Shown piece after piece: positions 55,232 to 64,000 of a DNA stretch of 64,000 nt. Source of the DNA: Picochlorum sp. SENEW3. Lineage: Eukaryota. Every line of letters begins with the position of its first letter. Position 1 is the stretch's first letter. A program made the translations under genes and the position numbers. Below the pieces are notes generated by a model. That model had not been told where the DNA came from, ran no database searches, and worked only from the letters and a program-made list of their open reading frames with translations. The stretch spans positions 1,054,001-1,118,000 of the forward strand of contig CP120455.1 in NCBI GenBank assembly GCA_034226945.1, given 5' to 3'.

Positions 55232-56846
55232 ATGGCGGATGAACAAGCAGATCAACAAGTGCAGTTGTGGAAGATGAAAAGGGTACGGTATAGTGTGCTG
55301 TTGACAGGAGTGATGCGTTGTCCTGTTTTCTGAATAAATATCACTCTGTGTGTGTAGCTCATAAAAATGTTGAATGATGCCAAAGGGAATGGAACGTCCA
55401 TGATTAGTCTCATCCTTCCTCCTAAATCCCAAGTTTCTCAGACCCAGACGATGCTTCAGACAGAGTATGGAACGGCGTCCAATATCAAGTCCAGGGTGAA
55501 CAGACAGTCTGTTCTGGGTGCTATTACATCTGCCCAGCAGAGGTTGAAATTGTACAATAAAGTTCCACCAAATGGTCTCATTGTCTACACTGGTACTGTT
55601 GTGACAGATGAAGGGAAAGAAAAGAAGATGAATATCGACTTTGAGCCATTCAAGCCGATCAACACGTCTCTGTATCTTTGTGATAATAAATTCCACACAG
55701 AGGCATTGTCAGAGTTGATGGAGACTGATCAAAAATACGGATTTATCGTCATGGATGGACATGGATCGTTGTATGGAACGTTGAGCGGAAATCATAGAGA
55801 AATTTTGCACAAGTTTACTGTCGATCTTCCAAAAAAGCACGGAAGGGGAGGACAGTCTGCCCTGCGTTTTGCTCGTCTTCGTTTGGAAAAGCGTCATAAT
55901 TACGTTCGTAAGGTTGCTGAGATTGCAGTACAGCATTTTATTACAAATGATCGTCCAAATGTTGCTGGACTAGTGCTTGCTGGTTCTGCCGATTTCAAGA
56001 CAGAGTTGAGTCAGTCTGATATGTTTGATCAGCGTTTGCAAGCAATCATCATGGCCATTGTGGATGTGTCATATGGTGCGTGTTCCTGTGGTATAGAAAC
56101 CTTTTGTTTTTTTCAGTGAGAGGGTACCTTACCAATTTCCTGTCAAACCCCATGACAGTAGATCAAATGGCGGCTACCCAACAATAATTTTGCCACCCCT
56201 CGCAATGATTCAAGAAGCGTGACCTCTTGAATCGCTTTTCTGGGTCCATGACAAGTCTAACATGTATATTTATAATATTACAGGAGGAGAAAATGGATTT
56301 AATCAAGCAATTGAGCTGTCAGCAGAGACATTGGCCAATGTCAAGTTTGTTCAAGAGAAACGGTTGCTGTCTTCCTTCTTTGACCAAATCTCACAGGACA
56401 CTGGCAAATTTTGCTTTGGTATCAGAGATACGTTGGCGTGCTTAGATATGGGTGCTGTTGAAACCCTGATTGTCTGGGAGAACCTTGAAATCACTCGTTT
56501 GGTGTATAAAACGCCAGATGGTGCTCAGGATGTGAAATATTTGTCAAAGGAGCAAGAAGGCGATGGAGAGCATTACCAAGATAGTGATGGCAGTACATTG
56601 GAGGTGGTGGACAAAATGCCACTTTTAGAATGGCTGGCAGAAAATTACAAGCAGTTTGGTTGTAAACTGGAGTTTGTGACGAATAAGAGTCAGGAGGGTA
56701 GTCAATTCTGCAGAGGCTTTGGTGGCATTGGAGGCATTCTTAGATATAGTGTGGATACTGCTGATTTTGATGATGAATATGGGGAGGAGGGTGTGTATTC
56801 AGATTCTGACAGTGAAGATGGATGGTCCACTGACCCTGATATTTAA
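55232..56846 (+). CDS. ERF1: Eukaryotic release factor 1 (exons 55232-55282, 55358-56075, 56284-56846)
   Basis: [29 protein letters not shown] and VSY|GGENGF motifs; canonical GT-AG introns. Confidence 0.97.
56122..56256 (+). ncRNA. Candidate intronic box H/ACA snoRNA
   Basis: Hairpin gggta...taccc (56122-56179), H box ACAATA (56181-56186), second hairpin accc/gggt with upper stem gattcaaga/tcttgaatc, and ACA at 56251; 135 nt in an unusually long (208-nt) intron. Confidence 0.45.
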
Positions 56847-56928
56847 ATATATGATGTTCATGTTTAACATTATTAGTATTAATAATAACAGCGCTAGGCA
56901 AAATAATAAGAACAATCGCCATAAAAGA

Positions 56929-59859
56929 TTATTTTAATTTCTTACTCTTCAGTCTTGAATCTAAAAAGCTCTGCCTCATCGATACTTCACTCTTATAGCT
57001 GATACAGCTTGGCACGATGAGACACACCAGTACCTGGTACACCAGCAAATTGGACAGACACGTGGCTGTGGAAATGTCTCCAAAAGCAGCCGAGCACATG
57101 CTTGAATTCAAGAGGGCCGTCATTGGTAACATTGCTGTCAAGCAGATGACAAGAGCCTTGAAGCGAGGCCGCAATCCAAACGTCAGCATAATAACTTGCA
57201 AAAGCGAGCTCCCTTGGATAAGTGCGGAACTAGGACTCGGTGATGACCCATATGTTAACACATGAAGCATTGTATGCAGGAGCGTGAATCCCACACAAAG
57301 CCATTCCCTATGATTGGTGTACATCTCCTGGCTCCAAAAACTTGAACCTACAACTGCAGTACTGTACAGTAACAGTATGATTGCAGCTATCCAGGCTAGC
57401 ATTGACGTGGAATACTCCCCAGTGTACAATGCCAACCCTTGAGAAAACATGGTCATGGCAAGGACTGACAGGTCAATTGTCACCCGCCTACGATTAAACC
57501 AGACCTTGTACTGCTCCTCGAGATACTGCGATGAATACTCCAAAAAGACGCCCATTTCTTTCCCTTCAGAATCCTGCTCCTGGCCAGATATGGTAGTTTT
57601 GGATCCTGAAACCCTATACCATGTCTTCTTGCAAAGAGTGTCCTTTTCTTGAGCAGAAAGAAGTTCATTCTTCTCAGCTCCAACACTAATGCGACCCTCA
57701 ATTTCTTCTGCATTACCTACCAGTGTTGCTAGTGCAATGGGAGATGTTCCATCAATAGACTTGGCACCTTCCCAGCCATCAATAGCATCAACGCAGTATT
57801 GAGTCAACAGTTCTGCGGCATGCCCCTTGTCTTTCACCATGACGGCCAAATGAAGAGCTGTTGTCTTCCCTCTCCCTTCCCTACAGCATTCCAGCGACAA
57901 TCCATACCGCTGCCCCCAAGATAAGATGCATTGCAATACTTCCACACTTTGACTCTTCACAGCATGTTGAAGCAGAGTCATTCCTGTTGATTCCATGCAG
58001 GACTCCTCAATGGAAGACATAAGGACCTGTTTGTCTCTATTGCTGCACAGATACGCTTCCAACGCACTTTCCAATAGATGGTGCATCTTTCTCTGTATCA
58101 ATAACGGGATCAATGCTCGCGCACTCTCTGAAGGAGACTTTGGAGCCCTCTTATATTCCCTTGCAACATCCTCATGAGACATTCCACCGGCAAGCTTATC
58201 CTTTGCTTCCATAATCATTCCAATTCTATACAAAATAGTTCGTAAACATGCATTACGGCCCACTCCAAGCATTTTAACTTCATCAGCCTCCTCTGCATTC
58301 GTGCACAGGACCACCAATTGCGCTGCAGTTGTGTATGGACCTCTATTCAACTCAACCTGAAGCACGCCTGGCTTCACACAACCAAACACTGAGATGAATA
58401 GACTTTGTGATTTATCATGCGTTTCAATTGACATCAATTGAGTTTCAAGATGCTCGCCTCGTGATCTGACAAACACATTGTCACTGCTTCGCACACGCTC
58501 AGATTCCACAATAATCTCCACTGGCTCTCTCTGCGCAACAATTGCCAAAGATGATACCGATGTTAACGCTGGAAGAAGATTTCCAGCATTTCTCAATGAG
58601 AATATCTGTCGTATATTGTTTCCGTCAGTATATACCAAGTGCTCATCAATCTGCAATATAGCATTTTTTGTAATTGGAGCTCCGTCTGCCCTTGCTGTAC
58701 TTCTCAAGAATTTCTCAGCCTTCTCCCTCACATCCATACATGTACTATACTTGTGCTTCTCAACAATGGCATCAGCCTGAAGATACACACACCCCGGTCG
58801 CATATAACCCTCCACAGCATGTGCATCACACAATCCTTCCAGTCCAGACGCAACACCTGGTGTCAAATCCGCAGGGGTTACCTTGTCCAGCTTGCATGCA
58901 ACACTGAACAATTCTTGGTCCCATTCTGGATGACTCAAAGGATTGTCCACTGACCTCAAGATCTCCTGGCAAAAATCAGCACAACCTGGTAGCACCTTTC
59001 CTCCAGCCCCTACTGACATAATATCATTATTAAAAGTACTGTTCGGTTGGGACTCCCTCCTTGTAGGACCACACAACTCATCTAAATCCCAAGAATTCCT
59101 TTCATCAGAAAGGTATAATATATCAGCATGCATATCGCTTTGCTGTTCCACTGATGAGACGACAGGATCCAAATACGAATCCTGCAACAGATCCAAATCC
59201 GCATTCACCGGAAGCATGCTCTCAGGACTTGAGATCTCCGCACAACTGCTTTGATCTGTCGTTGGAACATATCCTTTCACACTATCCGACTTTCTACTCT
59301 GAGAATCCTTCTCATCAGTACTTGTCGACACATCAGACTCTTTCGAACTATGGAGCACAGAATCAAGACTGTTCCCTCCCTTCCTCATCATACCCAATTT
59401 TGCCTTTGCTTTCGCCTCCATCGCTGCAAGCTTTTTATCAGATATATTGTACTTTTGCCTCAGTGCATCCCTATCAATGTATCCGCGAGACTTCAACATG
59501 TGCTGAATCTCTCGCAACCTCTTCCTCCGCACATTATGCTTCTCCAACCGGGCAATACACGATTTTTTATTCCCATCAAACTCTGATAAAGCATGAAACT
59601 TGCCGCACTGCTGGCAAAATCGCTTCTTCTCCCCTCCAACAATGGAGCACCTTGCCTTTTGATGATCAGGGCACACCCGATACCGTGTGTAGTACTTCTT
59701 CTTCAACCCCACTAGGTTCACATGACATCCATCCGCCTGACACTCCACATTCACTTGATCTACAGTGCTAGAACTGTCCTTTCCACCGCCTTCTCTCGGC
59801 TCTGCAACTGTAGAAAATCGATGCAGGACCCAGTCTTCCTGCTTCCAAGAATCACCCAT
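56929..59859 (-). CDS. SBP-domain (SPL) transcription factor with ankyrin repeats and multi-pass C-terminal membrane region
   Basis: CQADGC...YRVCPDH...RFCQQCGKFH.LSEFDGNKKSC..RL..HN.RR; KL..VTPADL...EGYMRPGCVYL; TLLQHAV and TALHLAV; several C-terminal hydrophobic helices. Confidence 0.92.
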   Translation of the reverse strand: MGDSWKQEDWVLHRFSTVAEPREGGGKDSSSTVDQVNVECQADGCHVNLVGLKKKYYTRYRVCPDHQKARCSIVGGEKKRFCQQCGKFHALSEFDGNKKSCIARLEKHNVRRKRLREIQHMLKSRGYIDRDALRQKYNISDKKLAAMEAKAKAKLGMMRKGGNSLDSVLHSSKESDVSTSTDEKDSQSRKSDSVKGYVPTTDQSSCAEISSPESMLPVNADLDLLQDSYLDPVVSSVEQQSDMHADILYLSDERNSWDLDELCGPTRRESQPNSTFNNDIMSVGAGGKVLPGCADFCQEILRSVDNPLSHPEWDQELFSVACKLDKVTPADLTPGVASGLEGLCDAHAVEGYMRPGCVYLQADAIVEKHKYSTCMDVREKAEKFLRSTARADGAPITKNAILQIDEHLVYTDGNNIRQIFSLRNAGNLLPALTSVSSLAIVAQREPVEIIVESERVRSSDNVFVRSRGEHLETQLMSIETHDKSQSLFISVFGCVKPGVLQVELNRGPYTTAAQLVVLCTNAEEADEVKMLGVGRNACLRTILYRIGMIMEAKDKLAGGMSHEDVAREYKRAPKSPSESARALIPLLIQRKMHHLLESALEAYLCSNRDKQVLMSSIEESCMESTGMTLLQHAVKSQSVEVLQCILSWGQRYGLSLECCREGRGKTTALHLAVMVKDKGHAAELLTQYCVDAIDGWEGAKSIDGTSPIALATLVGNAEEIEGRISVGAEKNELLSAQEKDTLCKKTWYRVSGSKTTISGQEQDSEGKEMGVFLEYSSQYLEEQYKVWFNRRRVTIDLSVLAMTMFSQGLALYTGEYSTSMLAWIAAIILLLYSTAVVGSSFWSQEMYTNHREWLCVGFTLLHTMLHVLTYGSSPSPSSALIQGSSLLQVIMLTFGLRPRFKALVICLTAMLPMTALLNSSMCSAAFGDISTATCLSNLLVYQVLVCLIVPSCISYKSEVSMRQSFLDSRLKSKKLK

Positions 59860-60529
59860 GGTCACACCGGTACGTCGCCAACAGATATCAGCACCTTCTT
59901 CTTCACGTGTGTATCAAATTCACTGTATGAAAACACATGCACATATCGACCCTGCATGCACAAGACCAAAACGAGGTCAAACTACTATTTCCGGTACCAA
60001 CAAGACTCTTCCCATCCAACCCATCCTCCGACCGGAAACAATTCACGAAAGCAGGAGGCCAAAAAAGTACCACCCTCCGGCAGCCGGACAACCGTCTCCT
60101 GCTCTGTGTATATTCCTAGGCAAAACGCCTATAGTATCCAACTGAAATATATAAATGTCGTCGCGCAATACCAGCAATGAATTCCTCAAGAGGACGAGAG
60201 CAACGCGACCACTACCCCCAACACGTATGAGGTTGGCTGAACAGAATCGCAATACCCTACCTTTCTCACTCGCAAAATGACAAGAATTGCAAATAATAAA
60301 TGACGGAATAAATGATGGTGTCAGTTTCGATACGCCTCGTGCCGTCGTTTTCCCAGCAACTTGGAGCGTGAGCAAGAAGAGCCCTCATGATGACGTCAGC
60401 GAGGTCTGTAATTAGTACATATTATAATACATCTATATACGGAGATACACCTAGACTCACAAATACCCCGCTGTATCTCTCTCAGGTTCACATACCATTC
60501 GTATAAAATCATTCAAAAGCATTAGTATC

Positions 60530-61555
60530 ATGAGTAGCAGTGAGGACGTGCTGTTTTCTGTGAAGAATGCTCTGTATCTCGGAGCAGCGCAAACGGCAAT
60601 CAGTGATGCCGCGCAACTCACAGGATTGACGGATGAAGAGCGAGTGATGCGGGATATTCTGACGCATAGAGCGTATATAGAGTTGGGATCGAGCGAGGTA
60701 GGTCGGTTTGAGTGGAGGAAGGAGTGTCTTGTTTTCTTGACGTTGTGTTGCGAGTCATCGTCGTCTTACAGGCTACGATCACATCGTATCTGATTATGAA
60801 GTACTGTTAATAATCTCTCATATATTGTGACGTAGGTTGTGCTGAACGAGGTGGGGCAGGATGAGGGGCACCCTGGGTTGAAAGCGGTGAGGTTGTTGGC
60901 AGAGGTGAGCAAGTCGAACGAGTATGCGTCTGCTGCAGAGGTGGTGAGGGGATGGATTGACGACGCGTCCATGTCTCGTAATGAGACTGCCATGGTGGTG
61001 GCTGCGACGGTGCTTTGTATGGTTGAGGATTATGAGACTGCTCTCAAGGCGTGCCACAGTGGGCAAGGTCTGGAGAATATGGCCATTGGTGTTCAGGTGT
61101 TGATCAGTATGAATAGATTAGATGTTGCAAGTGCACAGGTTTCAAAGATGAGTGAAATGGATGATGATGCGACATTGACTCAGTTGGCAACAGCATGGGT
61201 TGGGTCAAGGCAAGGAGGTCGAAAGCTGCAAGAAGCATACTACATCTATCAAGAGTTGGGAGATAAATTTGCTTGGACTGTCAAGCTTCATAATGGACTG
61301 GCGTGCTGTCAGATGCAGATGGAGCGTTGGGATGATGCCGAGGCGGAACTGTTGCAGGCCCTTGAGAAGAATGCAAAGGATGCGGATACGCTTGCAAATC
61401 TCTCTCTTGTGAGCATCTATTTAGGCAAGCCTGCGGCCAGGTATATTGGTATGCTGCAGACTGTGGCTCCACATCATCCCATGGTGGTCAGAATGGCAAA
61501 AGCTGAGGAAGCGTTTGATGGGGCACAGGAGCAGACTGCTGTTGCAGCCACGTGA
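60530..61555 (+). CDS. COPE: Coatomer subunit epsilon (exons 60530-60697, 60836-61555)
   Basis: LFSVKNALYLG, RAYIELG, DDDATLTQLATAW, QEAYYIYQEL and DADTLAN; 138-nt intron. Confidence 0.95.
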
Positions 61556-61577
61556 ATACAAGGCATGGTTGTTGTTT

Positions 61578-62633
61578 TTACTTGTCACACTGTAAATATG
61601 AGAAATAAGAACACGTTCTATCCAATGCTTCTTCCATAGATACGAGAGGTTTATATCCAAAGTCCTTTGTAGCGCGTTTGCAACTGAATGTTCTGTTCAC
61701 CGCAGACACTGTTATTCTGAATGGCGTAAAATCAGTCTCCAGTTTTGTAAATGGACTCAACAATGGAACCAGAATATATTGCACAAAGCACGCAATCAAC
61801 ATAATGAGATGATATGGAAGATGGATTCTGGGCCTACCGTACCCCAAACCTTCACAAACATCCCCCATCATGCCCCAGAATGGCCTGGGATCATCATTGG
61901 TGATAAAGTATGCCTTGCCTGCACATGAACTGCCCTTTTGCAACGCGGCCGCTGCCAAAATATGCGCATGCGCAATATTGCCAGCATATGTCCAATCCAT
62001 CATATTCCTTCCATTGCCGATGATGTACTTCATCTTGCCTGCTTTTGCTTTGGACACAATGGTGGGAACCGTCAACTGATCATACTCGCCAAAAATACCA
62101 GATGGCCTCAACGCACACGTCAGTACACCACCCTTTCCATTCGCATCCAAGATGAGTTTCTCTCCTTCAATCTTGGTGATTGTGTAAAAATCAAGAGGCT
62201 TGGCAGCGTATGGGATGTCCTCATCGACAAGGAAAAGATCCTTTCCATCAAACACTACTGATGCTGATGATGTATACACCAAAGCCTTTACCCCGTGCTT
62301 GACGCACGCATCAATCACATGCCGCGTGCCATCTACATTCACGCTCTGCATCAACTGATGATTGTACGCATTTGATCCAGTTGGTGCTGCCGTTGCTGTG
62401 TGCATCACCACACTGGCTCCTTCAATTCCCCCATCTACATCCTCTGGCTTTCTCAAATCGCATTCAATATATTTGACACCTGCAACACGATCTTTTGCAT
62501 CTGGTATTCTAATATCCATGACCCGAACATCATAGGTTCCACTCCCTTGAAGCAACTCCACAATATGCCTCCCAAGGAACCCAGCACCGCCGGTCACAAC
62601 AGCGCATTCCTTGGTAGTCCTCGTCTTCACCAT
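61578..62633 (-). CDS. 3beta-hydroxysteroid dehydrogenase/C4-decarboxylase (ERG26/NSDHL family)
   Basis: VTGGAGFLG, VNVDGT, LVYTSSASVVFDG, YTITK and LRPSGIFG motifs. Confidence 0.94.
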   Translation of the reverse strand: MVKTRTTKECAVVTGGAGFLGRHIVELLQGSGTYDVRVMDIRIPDAKDRVAGVKYIECDLRKPEDVDGGIEGASVVMHTATAAPTGSNAYNHQLMQSVNVDGTRHVIDACVKHGVKALVYTSSASVVFDGKDLFLVDEDIPYAAKPLDFYTITKIEGEKLILDANGKGGVLTCALRPSGIFGEYDQLTVPTIVSKAKAGKMKYIIGNGRNMMDWTYAGNIAHAHILAAAALQKGSSCAGKAYFITNDDPRPFWGMMGDVCEGLGYGRPRIHLPYHLIMLIACFVQYILVPLLSPFTKLETDFTPFRITVSAVNRTFSCKRATKDFGYKPLVSMEEALDRTCSYFSYLQCDK

Positions 62634-62683
62634 TGATTAAATATGTGTAATTTAAACTCAAAAATCAAGCACAGTGAATCGTC

Positions 62684-62905
62684 TTAACGCTGCTTTCTAC
62701 GCTCACTCAACTTTTGATCCACGTCTTCGAACGAATGCGATTCTTCCACTGGAGGATATTTAACGTATTGTTTCCTATCAATCACGTTTGTCTGAAATGT
62801 ATCTTTTTTAAATATAACCCAGCCTGTCAAGGAAATTGGAATCGCCAGATACACTGCAAATTTAAACACCTCTAGTGGCCCCTTCTTTCGAACTATTCCA
62901 TTCAT
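62684..62905 (-). CDS. PET100-like cytochrome c oxidase assembly factor
   Basis: 73 aa; LEVFKFAVYLAIPI signature and YVKYPP. Confidence 0.8.
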   Translation of the reverse strand: MNGIVRKKGPLEVFKFAVYLAIPISLTGWVIFKKDTFQTNVIDRKQYVKYPPVEESHSFEDVDQKLSERRKQR

Positions 62906-63375
62906 TCGATTTCTCTGTCAAATCAATTTCTGATCTTATTATAATTATTTGTCTTTCTTTCAAATAGTCATGCTCACATTACATTGATGACCGAGTTTCC
63001 ACGAGCAGGATCCTGCCCAATCGGTTCTTACACAGTGCCTGTGACAGGCCCCATATAGGGTGGATCAATCTTCCAGGTCCTGAGCCTTCATCAATTAATG
63101 ACATGTTTAGAGTCACTTAAATTTATAAATCTAGATATATTGACATGAGAAAATGCTAGACTTGCAAAAATATATGCAGCACGGTAAAAGAAATATATCT
63201 GTTCAAGAATGCCTCTGTAGTTCTCAGATCTTCTTGTGCGGGGGCAATGCAGACAGTATTTAGCATCACTGCAAGTGATGCAACAGGCTGTTGAGATCTC
63301 TGTTGTCTTTAAGCATGGCGCTAAGAGGACATTGTTTGCTTTACTCAAGCACGACTTTAAAATTTTTCATTGCCT

Positions 63376-63999
63376 TTAAGCAACCTGGGTGGTACTGAGC
63401 GATACTGTGTCAAGCGTGCCAATCCATCCCTTCTGTCCAATACCAGGTGATGAATTATCGGCAGGTACTCCATTTCCAATATCTTTGCATGCCTGCATGG
63501 TGGCACGTCTGGTGACCACACCGAAATAATTTGCCTGGTACAAATCCTCCCATGGTTTGAAAACATTTGCATACATGTAATTCTCAGCATCTGTGAATGT
63601 TGGAGAGGTTGCCTCCGTCTTATCAAATGGCCAATTATTAGTGGCAAAATCACTGCAATCGCTTTTCTGGTTGGACTTAAAGTAAAGCCTCACGTGAATT
63701 CCTACACCAGCAGCTGAATTATCAATAGCTTTGACTTCCATCGTGATGTCTTTGGTTGTCAGAGATTCAGAGGTGGCCCAGTTCTTAAATGCCTTGACCA
63801 CATGAACACCTACATTGCTCATTGAATTTGAGGTGTCACCTGAATATGACGTTTTTGTGAATGCTGAGAGTGAAACAATCACTTGGATTCCAACATTGTT
63901 GTCTGGGCAATTGTTGCTCTGGCACAGAACTGGGTTATCATCTTCCTCGCACAGTGGGTTTGTACCCACACTAATACTATTTGGTGGCGAGACAGCGCC
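63376..63999 (-). CDS. 3' part of an unknown, probably extracellular protein continuing beyond the window
   Basis: Frame stays open to the window edge (GAVSPPNSISVGTNPLC...); N/D/S/T-rich with several Cys; no family recognised. Confidence 0.55.
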   Translation of the reverse strand, partial: GAVSPPNSISVGTNPLCEEDDNPVLCQSNNCPDNNVGIQVIVSLSAFTKTSYSGDTSNSMSNVGVHVVKAFKNWATSESLTTKDITMEVKAIDNSAAGVGIHVRLYFKSNQKSDCSDFATNNWPFDKTEATSPTFTDAENYMYANVFKPWEDLYQANYFGVVTRRATMQACKDIGNGVPADNSSPGIGQKGWIGTLDTVSLSTTQVA

Positions 64000-64000
64000 A

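Noticed and set aside
56844..56928. Plant-type eRF1 readthrough/NMD autoregulatory 3' UTR
   Set aside because: Stop is TAA-A, and there is no room for or sign of a 3'-UTR intron before the convergent gene.
60391..60398. TGACGTCA (CRE/bZIP) palindrome upstream of COPE
   Set aside because: A single 8-mer is expected about once by chance in a window this size.

Overview
Very compact eukaryotic nuclear DNA from a green alga (Picochlorum-like trebouxiophyte is an inference from gene content, short GT-AG introns, TGTAA polyadenylation signals and tiny intergenic gaps). About 32 protein-coding genes are present, mostly housekeeping: CHLP, PAN2, VPS25, organellar LeuRS, alpha-tubulin, HISN3, NOL9, SEC15, RIO1, eRF1, epsilon-COP, 3beta-HSD and others. 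Two spliced genes are absent from the ORF track and were reconstructed by hand: UFC1 and a 94-aa MIC13/Mic12-like gene. The most interesting items are (1) a degenerate CHD/SNF2 protein that appears to carry MOM1-type C-terminal domains, (2) several same-strand gene pairs with 15-57 bp gaps that look polycistronic, especially PET100-like to 3beta-HSD, (3) an intronless chymotrypsin-type protease cassette bracketed by 54-bp direct repeats and palindromes, (4) a secreted PL14-like/Pro-rich/phytocyanin-like fusion, (5) a bacterial-type GH92 with a membrane anchor, (6) a domesticated hAT transposase, and (7) a candidate intronic H/ACA snoRNA in eRF1. No tRNA, rRNA or CRISPR array was recognised. 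All family assignments come from motif recognition by eye, not database searches.
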